From Terriglobales bacterium (GTDB lineage Bacteria; Acidobacteriota; Terriglobia; Terriglobales; SCQP01): a DNA stretch of 64,000 bases. Numbering within the stretch: the stretch's first letter is position 1; the number at the start of each line of letters is the position of its first letter. Below, piece by piece: positions 1 to 9,272 of the stretch. The position numbers were made by a program, and so were the translations under genes. The notes below the pieces were generated by a model. It saw only the letters and a list, made by a program, of their open reading frames with translations, was not told the origin of the DNA and made no database searches. The stretch is from contig DATKSZ010000149.1 in NCBI GenBank assembly GCA_035531375.1, positions 903 to 64,902 of the forward strand, given 5' to 3'.

Positions 1-758
1 ACAAGCGCTTCTCCGCCAACCTGGAATATGCCGAAAAGCACATGCAGGATTACAAGCGCATGGAGACGCCCACCGAGCATGTGTGCGAGAAGTGCGGCAA
101 GCCCATGGTGATCCGCTGGGGCAAGCACGGCTCCTTCCTGGCCTGCAGCGGCTATCCCGAGTGCACCAACACCCGCGAGGTGGCCCTCGACCTGCCCGAC
201 CTCGATTCGGCCGACACCAGCCAGGAGAAAGAGGAGTTCTGCGAAAACTGCGGCCGCCCCATGGTGCTCAAGCGCGGCCGCTTTGGCCAGTTCTGGGCCT
301 GCACTGGCTATCCCGACTGCAAGACCACCCGCCGCCTCGACGCCCAGCAGAAGCAGCCCGAGCGCAAGCTGGAGGAGGCCTGCCCGCAGTGCGGCAAAAA
401 CCTGGTGGTCAAGCACGGCCGCTTCGGCGAGTTCACCGCCTGCAGCGGCTATCCCGAGTGCAAGTACATCAAGCAGAACCTGGTGGAGGGCTTCAAGTGC
501 CCCAAGTGCAAGATCGGCGACGTGGCCGAGAAGCGCTCCAAGCGCGGCAAGACCTTCTATAGCTGCACCCGCTATCCCGACTGCGACTTCAGCTTGTGGC
601 AGCGCCCCGTGCCCGAGGCCTGCCCCAACTGCCGCTTCCCCTACCTGGTGAAGAAGTTCCTCAAGGCTGGCCCCAAGCTGGTCTGCCCCAACGAGGGCTG
701 CGGCTATGAGCGCGAGGCCGAGGCCGAGGAGCAGCCCGCCGGGGCCAAAATTGTGTGA
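1..758 (+). CDS. topA: DNA topoisomerase I, C-terminal fragment (5' end outside window)
   Basis: Frame open from the window edge. Four repeated C4 zinc-ribbon units of topo I type (CEKCGKPM..ACSGYPEC, CENCGRPM..ACTGYPDC, CPQCGKNL..ACSGYPEC, CPKCK..SCTRYPDC). Confidence 0.8.
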   Translation, partial: KRFSANLEYAEKHMQDYKRMETPTEHVCEKCGKPMVIRWGKHGSFLACSGYPECTNTREVALDLPDLDSADTSQEKEEFCENCGRPMVLKRGRFGQFWACTGYPDCKTTRRLDAQQKQPERKLEEACPQCGKNLVVKHGRFGEFTACSGYPECKYIKQNLVEGFKCPKCKIGDVAEKRSKRGKTFYSCTRYPDCDFSLWQRPVPEACPNCRFPYLVKKFLKAGPKLVCPNEGCGYEREAEAEEQPAGAKIV

Positions 759-905
759 CCTTCCCCCCCCTGGCACATCCAATCGGGGGACGCCAGGTGC
801 GCGGCGGGCCGGGCCCGGCCGGGTTGGATTTCCGTATTATCATGGCTTTTAAGCTCGCTGCTCCACTTTGGTGAAACGAATCCGATTCACAAGGAGAAAT
901 CTCGT

Positions 906-1259
906 ATGAAAAAGACTCTCGGCGTCGCGACCCTGGTCGCGGCCTTTGGCCTGACGATGTTCGCGTTCGCGGCTCCCACCACCGTGCGGGGCTACATTAT
1001 GGATTCCAACTGCGCCCACGGCGCCAAGGTGCAGAAGATGAAGGGCAATGTCGGCTGCGCCACCAGTTGCATCAAGCGCGGCAGCGCCGCCGTCCTGGTG
1101 GAGGATGGCGCGGCCGGCACGGTGCTGAAGATCGCCAACCAAGACGCCGTCAAGGCGGTCATCGGCAAGCACGTCACCCTCCAGGGCAACGTGGCCGACG
1201 GCTCGATCACCGTGGCCTCGGCCAAGGTGATGCCCGCGGGCATGAAGATGGGCAAGTAA
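906..1259 (+). CDS. small secreted hypothetical protein (117 aa)
   Basis: AGGAG Shine-Dalgarno sequence 8 nt upstream. Sec leader MKKTLGVATLVAAFGLTMFAFA. Followed by a strong intrinsic terminator. Confidence 0.6.
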   Translation: MKKTLGVATLVAAFGLTMFAFAAPTTVRGYIMDSNCAHGAKVQKMKGNVGCATSCIKRGSAAVLVEDGAAGTVLKIANQDAVKAVIGKHVTLQGNVADGSITVASAKVMPAGMKMGK

Positions 1260-1279
1260 GCGCCGCCCGGCGGTGCCAG

Positions 1280-1313
1280 GCGGGGTGGACCTTCCGGTCC
1301 ACCCCGCTTTTTT
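1280..1313 (+). terminator. rho-independent terminator
   Basis: Perfect 12-bp stem GCGGGGTGGACC/GGTCCACCCCGC, loop TTCC, then T6. Confidence 0.85.
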
Positions 1314-1318
1314 GCGTC

Positions 1319-1500
1319 TCGCGGGGGTCGCGCCGCTTTGCCTGCTGGCAAAATCGGCGCGAAAGCCTGCGAAATTCCGCAGGAGGGGCGGGTGCCAGTG
1401 GCACCCGCCCGCCCCCGGGAAGCGAATGCGGCGCGGCCCCAGCGGGGCGGCTCACAAGCGGGACGCGCGCCGCAGGCGCGCGGGGGCCCGCGCCCACCAT
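1319..1500 (+). repeat. mosaic hairpin repeat, copy A (short form)
   Basis: Starts tcGCGGGGGTCGCGCCGCTTTGCCTGCTGGCAAAATCGGCGC and ends GGGGCCCGCGCCCACC. Shares modules with the copies at 25957, 32385, 34633, 47163 and 63835. Confidence 0.9.
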
Positions 1501-1567
1501 CGCCCGCCGCAGGCAACTTTCGGCGCGCGGCCCGGCATCGGTCCTAGCAGACCGAGAGGCGGCCGCC

Positions 1568-1951
1568 ATGTCGAAACGTATTGCCTTCCCCGCCGCGCTC
1601 GCCGCCCTCCTCCTGGCGGCGGCCGGCATCGTCTCCCTGGGCCAGCCGGGCGCCGGCCGCGCCGCGCCTCCGCTCCAGGCCGCGGCCCAGCCGCCCGGCC
1701 CCGGCATGCAAGCCGGCATGGGGCAGGGCATGATGCAGCACATGACTCCGGAGCAGCGCCGCCGCATGCAGCTCCACCGCCAGCGCCTGCAGCAGCTCAC
1801 CACCCAAATGCGCGCCCACATGGCCGAGCTCGCCCAAGCTCCGCCCGCCGTGCGCCAGCAGTTCGAACTGATCACCCGGGCCTTCGAAGAAATGCAGCAG
1901 ATGCGGGCGATGATGCCGCCCCCGCCGGCCCCGGGGCGGCAGCACCGCTGA
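1568..1951 (+). CDS. Met-rich periplasmic protein with LTXXQ-like motif (Spy/CpxP/ZraP-like)
   Basis: Leader MSKRIAFPAALAALLLAAAG. Motif HMTPEQRRRM. Many M/Q residues (MQAGMGQGMMQHM, QQMRAMM). Lies next to copper genes. Confidence 0.55.
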   Translation: MSKRIAFPAALAALLLAAAGIVSLGQPGAGRAAPPLQAAAQPPGPGMQAGMGQGMMQHMTPEQRRRMQLHRQRLQQLTTQMRAHMAELAQAPPAVRQQFELITRAFEEMQQMRAMMPPPPAPGRQHR

Positions 1952-1963
1952 GCCCGCAAGCCC

Positions 1964-2536
1964 TCACATGATGGGCTCCGGGAAGATGCTCTTGGGGTTG
2001 TAGGCCTTCATCGCCTCCACCTCGGCCGGGGTTTGCTGCGGCAGATGTCGGATCAGCGACACCAGCATCCAGATCTCGTCGTTCTCGTCGTCGGGCCAGG
2101 CCGGCATGCCGCTCAGCCGGATGCCGTTGCGGATGGTGTAGAACAGCTCCCCGTCGCTCTTGTCCTGGGTGAGCGGCGCCCGCAGGTCGGGCGGCTTGGG
2201 ATAGAGATCGCGCCCCAGGTCGGTCAGCCCGTCCCCGTTGTTGTTGTGGCACAGGGCGCAGTGGGCGGCGAAGTGCTGGCTGGCCATGGTCAAATTGGCC
2301 GGCGTGGTGGGGAGCGGATTCCGCATCGCCGCCGCCTGGCTGGGCATGGCCATGCGGCGCGCCATGTCGGCCATCATCGCCTCCATGGCGGTGGGCGGGG
2401 CGGTGGCGCTGAAGCCCTGCGCCGACTTTACCCACAGCAGGCCAGCGCCAACCACCACCACCGCCAGGATGGCCAGAGTCAGCGCCAACAGCCAGCCCAG
2501 GCGCCGGCGGATCAACCCGGAGTTCTGCTGGCTCAT
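1964..2536 (-). CDS. membrane-anchored c-type cytochrome with Met-rich linker
   Basis: CALCH haem motif. N-terminal TM helix. Met-rich stretch AMEAMMADMARRMAM. ATGA overlap with the upstream TolC-like gene. Paralog at 49909-50373. Confidence 0.8.
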   Translation of the reverse strand: MSQQNSGLIRRRLGWLLALTLAILAVVVVGAGLLWVKSAQGFSATAPPTAMEAMMADMARRMAMPSQAAAMRNPLPTTPANLTMASQHFAAHCALCHNNNGDGLTDLGRDLYPKPPDLRAPLTQDKSDGELFYTIRNGIRLSGMPAWPDDENDEIWMLVSLIRHLPQQTPAEVEAMKAYNPKSIFPEPIM

Positions 2537-3864
2537 TGCCCGCCTCCCATCGTGCCCATGGACAGCGCCGCCGGCGCCGCCCCCATGCGGTCCAGGCCCT
2601 GCGTCGCCAAATAGCCGCGCAGCGTCACCGCGCTGCGCCACAGTTCCGCCTCCGCCGCCAGATAGCCGGTCTGCTCCTGGAACCAATTGCGCTGCGCCAC
2701 CAGCACCTGCGGGTAGGCAGCCGCCATGTGGTGGTAGTTGTTCAGATACAACGCATAGGCCTGCCGCGCCTGCGGCAACATGTGGTCGCGGTACTGCGCC
2801 ACCGCCAGGGACGCCGCCTGGTAGGCGGCGAGCTGGGGAGCGGCTTGGGCGCGCAGGCTCAAGCGCACCCGCTCCAGCTCCTGTTGCGCCCGGTCGAGCT
2901 CGGCCACCGCGGCCTCGACATTGCCTTGGTTGCGGTTGAAGAGCGGCAACTGCACCCCCACCGAGGCGAAGCCCTGCCAGCCCACCGGGCGCTGGCCGAG
3001 CTGGTCGAGCTCGCGGTTCGCCTCCACCCCGCCCCGCAGTTGCAGGTCGGGGATGGGCTGCTTGCGGGCGCGGCGCAGGGCGGCCTGCGCCTGCGCCACT
3101 GCCGCCTCGGCGATGCGTACCGCCGGGCTCTCGGTCAGCAGCCGCTGCACGTAGGGCTGCGGTAGGATCGGGGCGGGCGGCGTCGCCAAGTCGCCCGCCA
3201 GCGGCTGCGGTTGCAGGCTGGGCTGGCCCACCGTCGCGGCCAGTTGCGCCCAGTCCTGGGTCCGCATCTGTTGGGCTTGGTTCAGGTCCAGTTGCGCCTG
3301 CCCCGCCTCCACCTGCGCCTCGAGCTGGTCGGGCTGGTCGGCCTGGCCCACGTTGGCCAGTTGCGCCGTGGTGCGCACCGCGTCCTGGGCGATGGCGAGC
3401 AGGTGCTGGCGCAGCGCCACCTCCTGCTGCGCGCGCAGGGCCTCGTAGAAGGCCAACTGCACCGCGGTGCCAACCGCTTGGCCCTGGCCGGCGGCGCGCG
3501 CCTGCTGCTGCCGCTGGGCCGCCGCCGCCTCCTGGCGCGCCGCCCCCAGCTTGCCGCCCAGCACAATATCCTGCTGCACGAACGCGCCCTGCTCGCCGCC
3601 GCGGAACGAGCCGCCGCGGATCTGGGCGCCCTCGTAGCCCACCGTCGGGTTGGGCCACAGCCCCGCTTGGCGGGTGCGCCCGGCCGCCGCCGCCACGTTG
3701 TCGCGGGCCTGGCGCAGGGTCGGGTTGTGCGCCAGCGCGAGCTGCTCCAGCGCCGCCAAGGTGAGCGGCGCCGCAGCGGTTTGCGCCGCCGCCCGCCCCG
3801 CCATCCCTCCGCCGCCGAGCGCGGCGAACAGCACCGCAATCAAAGGAAGATGGAGTCGTTTCAT
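2533..3864 (-). CDS. TolC-family outer membrane efflux protein
   Basis: Start at MKRLHLPLIAVLFAAL (leader). Coiled Q/A-rich repeats and LPLFNRNQGN typical of outer membrane factor proteins. 4-nt overlaps with both neighbours. Confidence 0.8.
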   Translation of the reverse strand: MKRLHLPLIAVLFAALGGGGMAGRAAAQTAAAPLTLAALEQLALAHNPTLRQARDNVAAAAGRTRQAGLWPNPTVGYEGAQIRGGSFRGGEQGAFVQQDIVLGGKLGAARQEAAAAQRQQQARAAGQGQAVGTAVQLAFYEALRAQQEVALRQHLLAIAQDAVRTTAQLANVGQADQPDQLEAQVEAGQAQLDLNQAQQMRTQDWAQLAATVGQPSLQPQPLAGDLATPPAPILPQPYVQRLLTESPAVRIAEAAVAQAQAALRRARKQPIPDLQLRGGVEANRELDQLGQRPVGWQGFASVGVQLPLFNRNQGNVEAAVAELDRAQQELERVRLSLRAQAAPQLAAYQAASLAVAQYRDHMLPQARQAYALYLNNYHHMAAAYPQVLVAQRNWFQEQTGYLAAEAELWRSAVTLRGYLATQGLDRMGAAPAALSMGTMGGGQ

Positions 3865-5258
3865 TGCTGGTCTGCCTTTCCCGCTTGGGCGCGGAGTTGC
3901 TGGATCTTGTCGTATATCTCCGGGCGCAGCACCCGCACGATGGTCATCATGCCCTGGATGCTGCCACTCCAGCCCGGCTGCAGCCCGTAGGTCTCCGGTT
4001 TGGCCACGGCTGCGTCCATGGCCATCGCCGGACCCTCCATGTAGGCGTCCTGGGGAAAGCCCGGCACTTGGTTGGCGTGGGCGGCGATGCTGTCCGGCAT
4101 CTGCATGCCCGGCATGCTCGGGCTCGTCGCCTGGCCGCCCTGTGGCCCGTTGGTCACCGGGTGTTCGCGCCCCGGCAAGCCCATGCCGCGCCCCAGGCTG
4201 GCGCCGAACTGGTCCGAGAGCGCGGCGGCGCCTTCCTGCACCATGCCCATGCCGCTCTCCATGCTGCCCGCCGCCGGCATCCCCGGGGTGCGCGTCATCG
4301 GCCCCACCGTCGAGGCCATCTGGTTCATCATGTGGTGCGGCAAGTGGCAGTGCAGCATCCACTCCCCCAGGTGAACCGCGTCGAACTCCACGTCGTAGGC
4401 CTGCGCCACCCCCACCAGCACGGTATTGCGCCGGATCCAGTTCGACTCCGGCTGCCGCCCCCCCTCGGTGCCGGTGATCCAGAACTGGAAGCCGTGCAGA
4501 TGGATGGGATGGTGGTCCATGCCCATGTTGATCAGCCGAATCTTGACCTTCTCGTTGTGGCGGACGATCAGCGGCGTGGTGGCGGGCCCGGATTTGCCGT
4601 TGAAGGTCAGCCAGTTGAACTCCATGCTCATGGTGTTGGGCACCGGGTTGTTGGGCAGGGCGGCGAACTCCTGCATGACGATCAGGAAATCCTTGTCCAC
4701 CTGCGTCGAGTAGGGCTGGCGCGGCTGCAGCACCAGCGGCCCGATCAGGCCGAGCATCTCCTGCATCGCCATGTGCGAGTGGTAGAAGTAGGTGCCCTCC
4801 TGATGCAGGGTGAATTCATAGACGAAGCGTCCCCCGGGCAGCACCGGCGGTTGGGTGATGCTGGTCACCCCGTCCATGGCGTTGGGCACCTCCAATCCGT
4901 GCCAGTGGATGGAGATGGGCTCGGGCAAATGGTTGTCGAAGACGATCCGAACCCGGTCGCCCTGGTTGGCCTCGATCAGCGGTCCGGGCGAGCTGCCGTT
5001 GAATCCCCACAGGTCCAGCGTCTTGCCCGGGATGAGTTCTTGCCGCACCGGCTCGGCGCGCAGGCGAAAGACCTTGACGCCGTGGTCGAGCGTCCAGGGC
5101 AGCTTGGCCAGATCGGGGGTTTGCACCGCGACCGGCCCCGGCGCCCCGGGGGCGGGGAAGGGAAGCGGGGGCGGCGCCGCCGCGGCGCGGCGCCCCAGCG
5201 CCAGGCCGCCGGCGCCCAGCGCCAGGGCCTGTTGCAGAAAGCTCCTGCGGTTGCTCAT
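3861..5258 (-). CDS. Tat-exported multicopper oxidase (CopA/PcoA-like)
   Basis: Twin-arginine leader MSNRRSFLQQALALGAG. Copper ligand motifs HWHGLEV, HPIHLHG, HCHLPHHMMNQM. Met-rich insert. GAGG Shine-Dalgarno sequence before the ATG at 5258; an alternative ATG lies at 5276. Confidence 0.85.
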   Translation of the reverse strand: MSNRRSFLQQALALGAGGLALGRRAAAAPPPLPFPAPGAPGPVAVQTPDLAKLPWTLDHGVKVFRLRAEPVRQELIPGKTLDLWGFNGSSPGPLIEANQGDRVRIVFDNHLPEPISIHWHGLEVPNAMDGVTSITQPPVLPGGRFVYEFTLHQEGTYFYHSHMAMQEMLGLIGPLVLQPRQPYSTQVDKDFLIVMQEFAALPNNPVPNTMSMEFNWLTFNGKSGPATTPLIVRHNEKVKIRLINMGMDHHPIHLHGFQFWITGTEGGRQPESNWIRRNTVLVGVAQAYDVEFDAVHLGEWMLHCHLPHHMMNQMASTVGPMTRTPGMPAAGSMESGMGMVQEGAAALSDQFGASLGRGMGLPGREHPVTNGPQGGQATSPSMPGMQMPDSIAAHANQVPGFPQDAYMEGPAMAMDAAVAKPETYGLQPGWSGSIQGMMTIVRVLRPEIYDKIQQLRAQAGKADQQ

Positions 5259-5382
5259 GGGAACCTCATTGCCCATCCGCCAGCGCGCGGCGCCGGCGGG
5301 AATCGGAGTGGAAAAGGAGCGGGGCGCGGCCTCCCGACGACGGGGGGCGAATGCCCTCGGCGGTGAGATGGCGGGCGGAGGT

Positions 5383-5712
5383 CTAGAGGCGCAGGGGCGC
5401 GGTCGTCGCCGCGCCGGGCGGCGAGGCGGAGCGGGGTGGCTGCCGCTCGAGGAAGTGCGCCGTCAGCGCGGGGCGGGCGGGCGCGGCGGGAGCCCTCCGG
5501 GGCGCCGCCGATGGCGGCGTGGCGCGCTCGCTCCGGCTCAGGCTGGGCTGCTGCGTCCGGCACACCGCGCAGCAATCGGGCGCGGCCTTCTGGCTGCAGC
5601 CGGCCATGGGACCCGACTGGGTGGCTCCGGCGGCGCAGCAGGGACACCCCGCCAGCATGGCGCCCAGGCTCAACCACACCGCCAAGACCAAGTTCAATGC
5701 GCTGCCTGCCAC
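5383..5712 (-). CDS. small leader-bearing Cys-rich protein (possible metal-binding lipoprotein)
   Basis: Starts 6 nt after the murG stop, heading the copper operon. LAGC lipobox-like site, then CPCC..PMAGC..DCCAVC. The tail is low complexity, so the true extent is uncertain. Confidence 0.35.
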   Translation of the reverse strand: MAGSALNLVLAVWLSLGAMLAGCPCCAAGATQSGPMAGCSQKAAPDCCAVCRTQQPSLSRSERATPPSAAPRRAPAAPARPALTAHFLERQPPRSASPPGAATTAPLRL

Positions 5713-5717
5713 GGTTT

Positions 5718-6794
5718 TCAGTCTACCATTCGGCTCGCGGCGGCCGCCGCCAACACCAGCGCGGCGATCTCCTCGGCGGCGCGGGGATGGGCGAAGCCCC
5801 CGACCGCCTGCCGCATGGCCTCGAGCCGCGCCGGGGCGGCGAGCAACTGCTCGATGCGCGCCCCCAGCCCGGCCGGGCTGAGCCTGGCCTGCTCCATCAC
5901 CTCCGCCGCGCCCGCCCGGGCGTAGGCCTGGGCGTTGCGCAACTGGTGCTGGTCGGCGGCGCCGGGGAAGGGAACCAGGATGGCCGGCCGCCGCGCCGCC
6001 GCCAGCTCGCCCAGCGTGCTGGCCCCGGCGCGGCCCACCACCAGCGCCGCCTCCGCCATGGCCGCCGCCATGTCGTCCACAAACGCCACCGCCCGCGCCC
6101 GCCCCCCCAGCCCGGCGTAGGCGGCTTGGCAGGCCCCGAGGTCGGCGGCCCCGGTCTGGTGCAGCAGGCGGAAGGCGACCTGCGGCGCCATCTCCCGCAC
6201 CACTTGATTGAGGGCGTGGGCGCCCTGGCTGCCGCCAGTGACCAATACCAGCGGCGGCCCGGACGCCGCCGCCGCCGCGGCGGCGGCGCGGAAGAACTCC
6301 GGCCGCACCGGAATCCCGGTCACCACCGCCCGCCGGAAGTCGCGCGCGGTCTCGGGAAAATTGACCGCCGCGGTCGCCACCCAGGGCGCCGCCCAGCGGT
6401 TGGCCAGCCCGGTCTTGGCGTTGACCTCGAGCACCACCACCGGCACCCGCAGCAGCGCGGCGGCGGCCAGCACCGGCCCGGAGGCGTAGCCGCCGATGCC
6501 CAGCACCGCCTGCGCCCGCAGCCGCCGCAGCAGCCCGACACTGTGGGCGACCGCCCGCGGCAACTGCGCCAGCGTCGCCAGCCGCCGCCCCGCCCCCCCC
6601 GTCTTCAGCCCCCCGATCCGGATCGTCTCCAGCCGGAAGCCGGCCGCCGGCACCAGCTTCGCCTCCAGCCCCCGCGCCGTGCCCACGAAGGCGGCCGGCT
6701 CCGCCCCCGCCGCGCGCAGCGCCCGCGCCACCGCCAGTCCGGGCATCAGGTGCCCGCCGGTGCCGCCGCCGGCGATGACGATGCGGGCGGCCAT
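5718..6794 (-). CDS. murG: UDP-N-acetylglucosamine--N-acetylmuramyl-(pentapeptide) pyrophosphoryl-undecaprenol GlcNAc transferase
   Basis: MAARIVIAGGGTGGHLMPGLAVA N-terminus, GGYASGP, TGGSQGA motifs. Position in the dcw cluster. Confidence 0.9.
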   Translation of the reverse strand: MAARIVIAGGGTGGHLMPGLAVARALRAAGAEPAAFVGTARGLEAKLVPAAGFRLETIRIGGLKTGGAGRRLATLAQLPRAVAHSVGLLRRLRAQAVLGIGGYASGPVLAAAALLRVPVVVLEVNAKTGLANRWAAPWVATAAVNFPETARDFRRAVVTGIPVRPEFFRAAAAAAAASGPPLVLVTGGSQGAHALNQVVREMAPQVAFRLLHQTGAADLGACQAAYAGLGGRARAVAFVDDMAAAMAEAALVVGRAGASTLGELAAARRPAILVPFPGAADQHQLRNAQAYARAGAAEVMEQARLSPAGLGARIEQLLAAPARLEAMRQAVGGFAHPRAAEEIAALVLAAAAASRMVD

Positions 6795-6796
6795 GC

Positions 6797-7885
6797 TCAG
6801 CCGGTGTGCTGCGACACGTTCAGCAGCACCCCCACCGCCGCCAGCGAGAAGATTAGCGACGAGCCCCCGTAGCTGATGAACGGCAGCGGGATCCCCTTGT
6901 TGGGCACCAGGCTGGTGACCACGCTGAAGTTGATCAGCGCCTGGATCACCACCATCGCCGTCACCCCGATGGCCAGCAGCTTGGCGAAGGCGTCGGGGGC
7001 CCGGCGCGCGATCCGCATCCCCCGCCACAGGAACACCAGAAACGCCGCCACCACCAGGGTGCAGCCCACCCAGCCCAGCTCCTCGCCCACCACCGCGAAG
7101 ATGAAGTCGGTGTGCGCCTCCGGCAGGAAAAACAGCTTCTGCCGCCCGTTCATCAGCCCCACCCCGGTCCAGCCCCCCGAGCCCACCGCGATCAGCGACT
7201 GCACGATCTGGAAGGCCGCCCCGCGCGCCTCCGCCCAGGGATGCAGGAACGCCAGGATGCGCTCGCGCCGGTAGGCGACGTGGAAGATGAGCAGGTACAG
7301 CGCCGGCAGGCTCGCCACCACGCCCAGGCCCAGCAGCCGCCAGCGCAGCCCGGCGGCGTAGAGCATGGTGGCGGCGATCAGCACCAGCGCCACCGTGGTC
7401 CCCAGGTCGGGCTCGGCCACCACCAGCCCGCACACCATCGCCAGGTAGAACAGGATGGGTCCCAGCGTGCTCCACTCGTTCACCTGCCGCAGCCGCGTCT
7501 CCAGGTAGAAGGCGAGGAACAGGATCAGCGTCGGCTTGGCCAGCTCCGACGGCTGCAGCGACAGCGGCCCCAGCCGGATCCAGCGGTGGGTGTTGTGCGA
7601 GCGGTCGAGCAGGAACACCAGCCCCAGCAGGAAGAGGGTGACGCACAGCAGCAGGTAGACCACCCCGGGGTCCTTCAGCCGGCGGTAGTCGAAGCGCATG
7701 ATCAGCACCAGCGCCGCCAGCCCCAGCCCCGCCCCCACCGCCTGGCGCAGCACAAAGCTGTAGGGCGACTGGGTGCGCTCGGCCGCCATCAGCGCCGAGG
7801 CGGAGAACACCATCACCAGCCCGAACGTCACCAGGCCCAGGGTGGTGAGGAAGAGCACGCGGTCGTAGGCGAGGCGCTTGGGCAT
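6797..7885 (-). CDS. ftsW: SEDS-family cell division protein FtsW
   Basis: Polytopic membrane protein; motifs PEAHTDFIF and LPFISYGGSS. Lies between murD and murG. Confidence 0.9.
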   Translation of the reverse strand: MPKRLAYDRVLFLTTLGLVTFGLVMVFSASALMAAERTQSPYSFVLRQAVGAGLGLAALVLIMRFDYRRLKDPGVVYLLLCVTLFLLGLVFLLDRSHNTHRWIRLGPLSLQPSELAKPTLILFLAFYLETRLRQVNEWSTLGPILFYLAMVCGLVVAEPDLGTTVALVLIAATMLYAAGLRWRLLGLGVVASLPALYLLIFHVAYRRERILAFLHPWAEARGAAFQIVQSLIAVGSGGWTGVGLMNGRQKLFFLPEAHTDFIFAVVGEELGWVGCTLVVAAFLVFLWRGMRIARRAPDAFAKLLAIGVTAMVVIQALINFSVVTSLVPNKGIPLPFISYGGSSLIFSLAAVGVLLNVSQHTG

Positions 7886-7889
7886 GGCG

Positions 7890-9260
7890 CTAGCGCGCGG
7901 CGGCCAGTCCCGCCACCAACTGCTTGAACACCTGGCCGCGGTGGCCGTAGTTCTGGAACTGGTCGAAGCTGGCGCAGGCCGGCGCCAGCAGCACCGTGTC
8001 GCCCGGCTGCGCCCGCTCCGCCGCCGTCGCCACCGCCTGGTCGAGCGTGCCGCAGCGGGTGAGCGCCAGCCCCGCCGGGCCCAGTTGCGCCGCGATCTTC
8101 TCGGTGGCGGCGCCGATCAGCAGCACCCCGCGCGCCCGCGCTTCCAACAGCGGCGCCAGCGCGCTGTAGTCGCTGCCCTTGTCCTTGCCCCCCAAGATGA
8201 TCCACACCCCCTGCCCAAACGCCTCCAGCGCCTTGATCGCCGCGTCCACGTTGGTGGCCTTGGAGTCGTTGTAGTAGTCCACCCCCCCCACCTGGGCCAC
8301 GAACTCCAGCCGGTGCTCCACCGCCCGGAAGCTCCGCACCGTCTGCGCCAGCGCCGGCGCCGCCTCTTCCCCCGCCACCAGGCAGGCCATCGCCACCGCC
8401 GCCAGCACGTTCTCCAGGTTGTGCGCCCCGCGCAGCGGGATCTCCGCCACCGGCAGGATGGGCGTCGCCTGGCCGCCGCGCATCCACACCACCTCGCCCC
8501 CGCGCACGCACGCCCCCGTCTGCCGCTCCAGCGCGAAGGGCGCGAACCACACCGGCTGGCTGGCCAGGTTGGCGGCGAACTGCCGGCACCAGGCGTCGTT
8601 GGGGTTGAGCACGGCGTAGTCGGCCGCGGTCTGGTTGCGGAAGATGCGCTGCTTGGCCGCCGCGTAGGCCTCCATGCTGCCGTGCCGGTCGAGGTGGTCG
8701 GGCGAGAGGTTCAGCACCGCCGCGATGTGGGCGTGGAAGCTCTCCACCGTCTCCAACTGGAAGCTCGACACCTCGATCACGTTGACGCAGTCGTCGCTGG
8801 AGCTGTCCACCAGCGAGATCAGCGGGGTGCCGATATTGCCCCCCACCTGCACCCGCCGCCCGCTCGCCGCCAGCAGCTCGCCCGTCAGGCTGGTGGTGGT
8901 GGTCTTGCCGTTGGCCCCGGTGATCGCCACCACCATGCCGCGCAGGTGGCGCGAGGCCAGCTCGATCTCCCCCCATACCGGGATCGCCTGCGCCCGCGCC
9001 CGCTTCAGCAGCGGCAGGTCGGCCGGCACCCCCGGGCTCACCACGATCAGGTCGGCGTCCAGGAAGCTGCGCTCGCGGTGCCCGCCCGTCTCCACCGCCA
9101 CCCCGGTCTGCAGCAGTTGGAAGATCTCCGCCCGCAGCTCCGCCGCCGGCCGCATCTCCGAGATCACCACCCGCGCCCCCCGCCGCCGCAAAAACTCCGC
9201 CGCCGCCATGCCGCTGGCGGCCATGCCCACAACCAACACGCGCTTGCCGTTGAGTTCCAT
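7890..9260 (-). CDS. murD: UDP-N-acetylmuramoylalanine--D-glutamate ligase
   Basis: VVGMAASG N-terminus, ITGANGKTTT P-loop, Mur ligase C-terminal region. dcw context. Confidence 0.9.
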   Translation of the reverse strand: MELNGKRVLVVGMAASGMAAAEFLRRRGARVVISEMRPAAELRAEIFQLLQTGVAVETGGHRERSFLDADLIVVSPGVPADLPLLKRARAQAIPVWGEIELASRHLRGMVVAITGANGKTTTTSLTGELLAASGRRVQVGGNIGTPLISLVDSSSDDCVNVIEVSSFQLETVESFHAHIAAVLNLSPDHLDRHGSMEAYAAAKQRIFRNQTAADYAVLNPNDAWCRQFAANLASQPVWFAPFALERQTGACVRGGEVVWMRGGQATPILPVAEIPLRGAHNLENVLAAVAMACLVAGEEAAPALAQTVRSFRAVEHRLEFVAQVGGVDYYNDSKATNVDAAIKALEAFGQGVWIILGGKDKGSDYSALAPLLEARARGVLLIGAATEKIAAQLGPAGLALTRCGTLDQAVATAAERAQPGDTVLLAPACASFDQFQNYGHRGQVFKQLVAGLAAAR

Positions 9261-9272
9261 GCGGTTTTCAGG

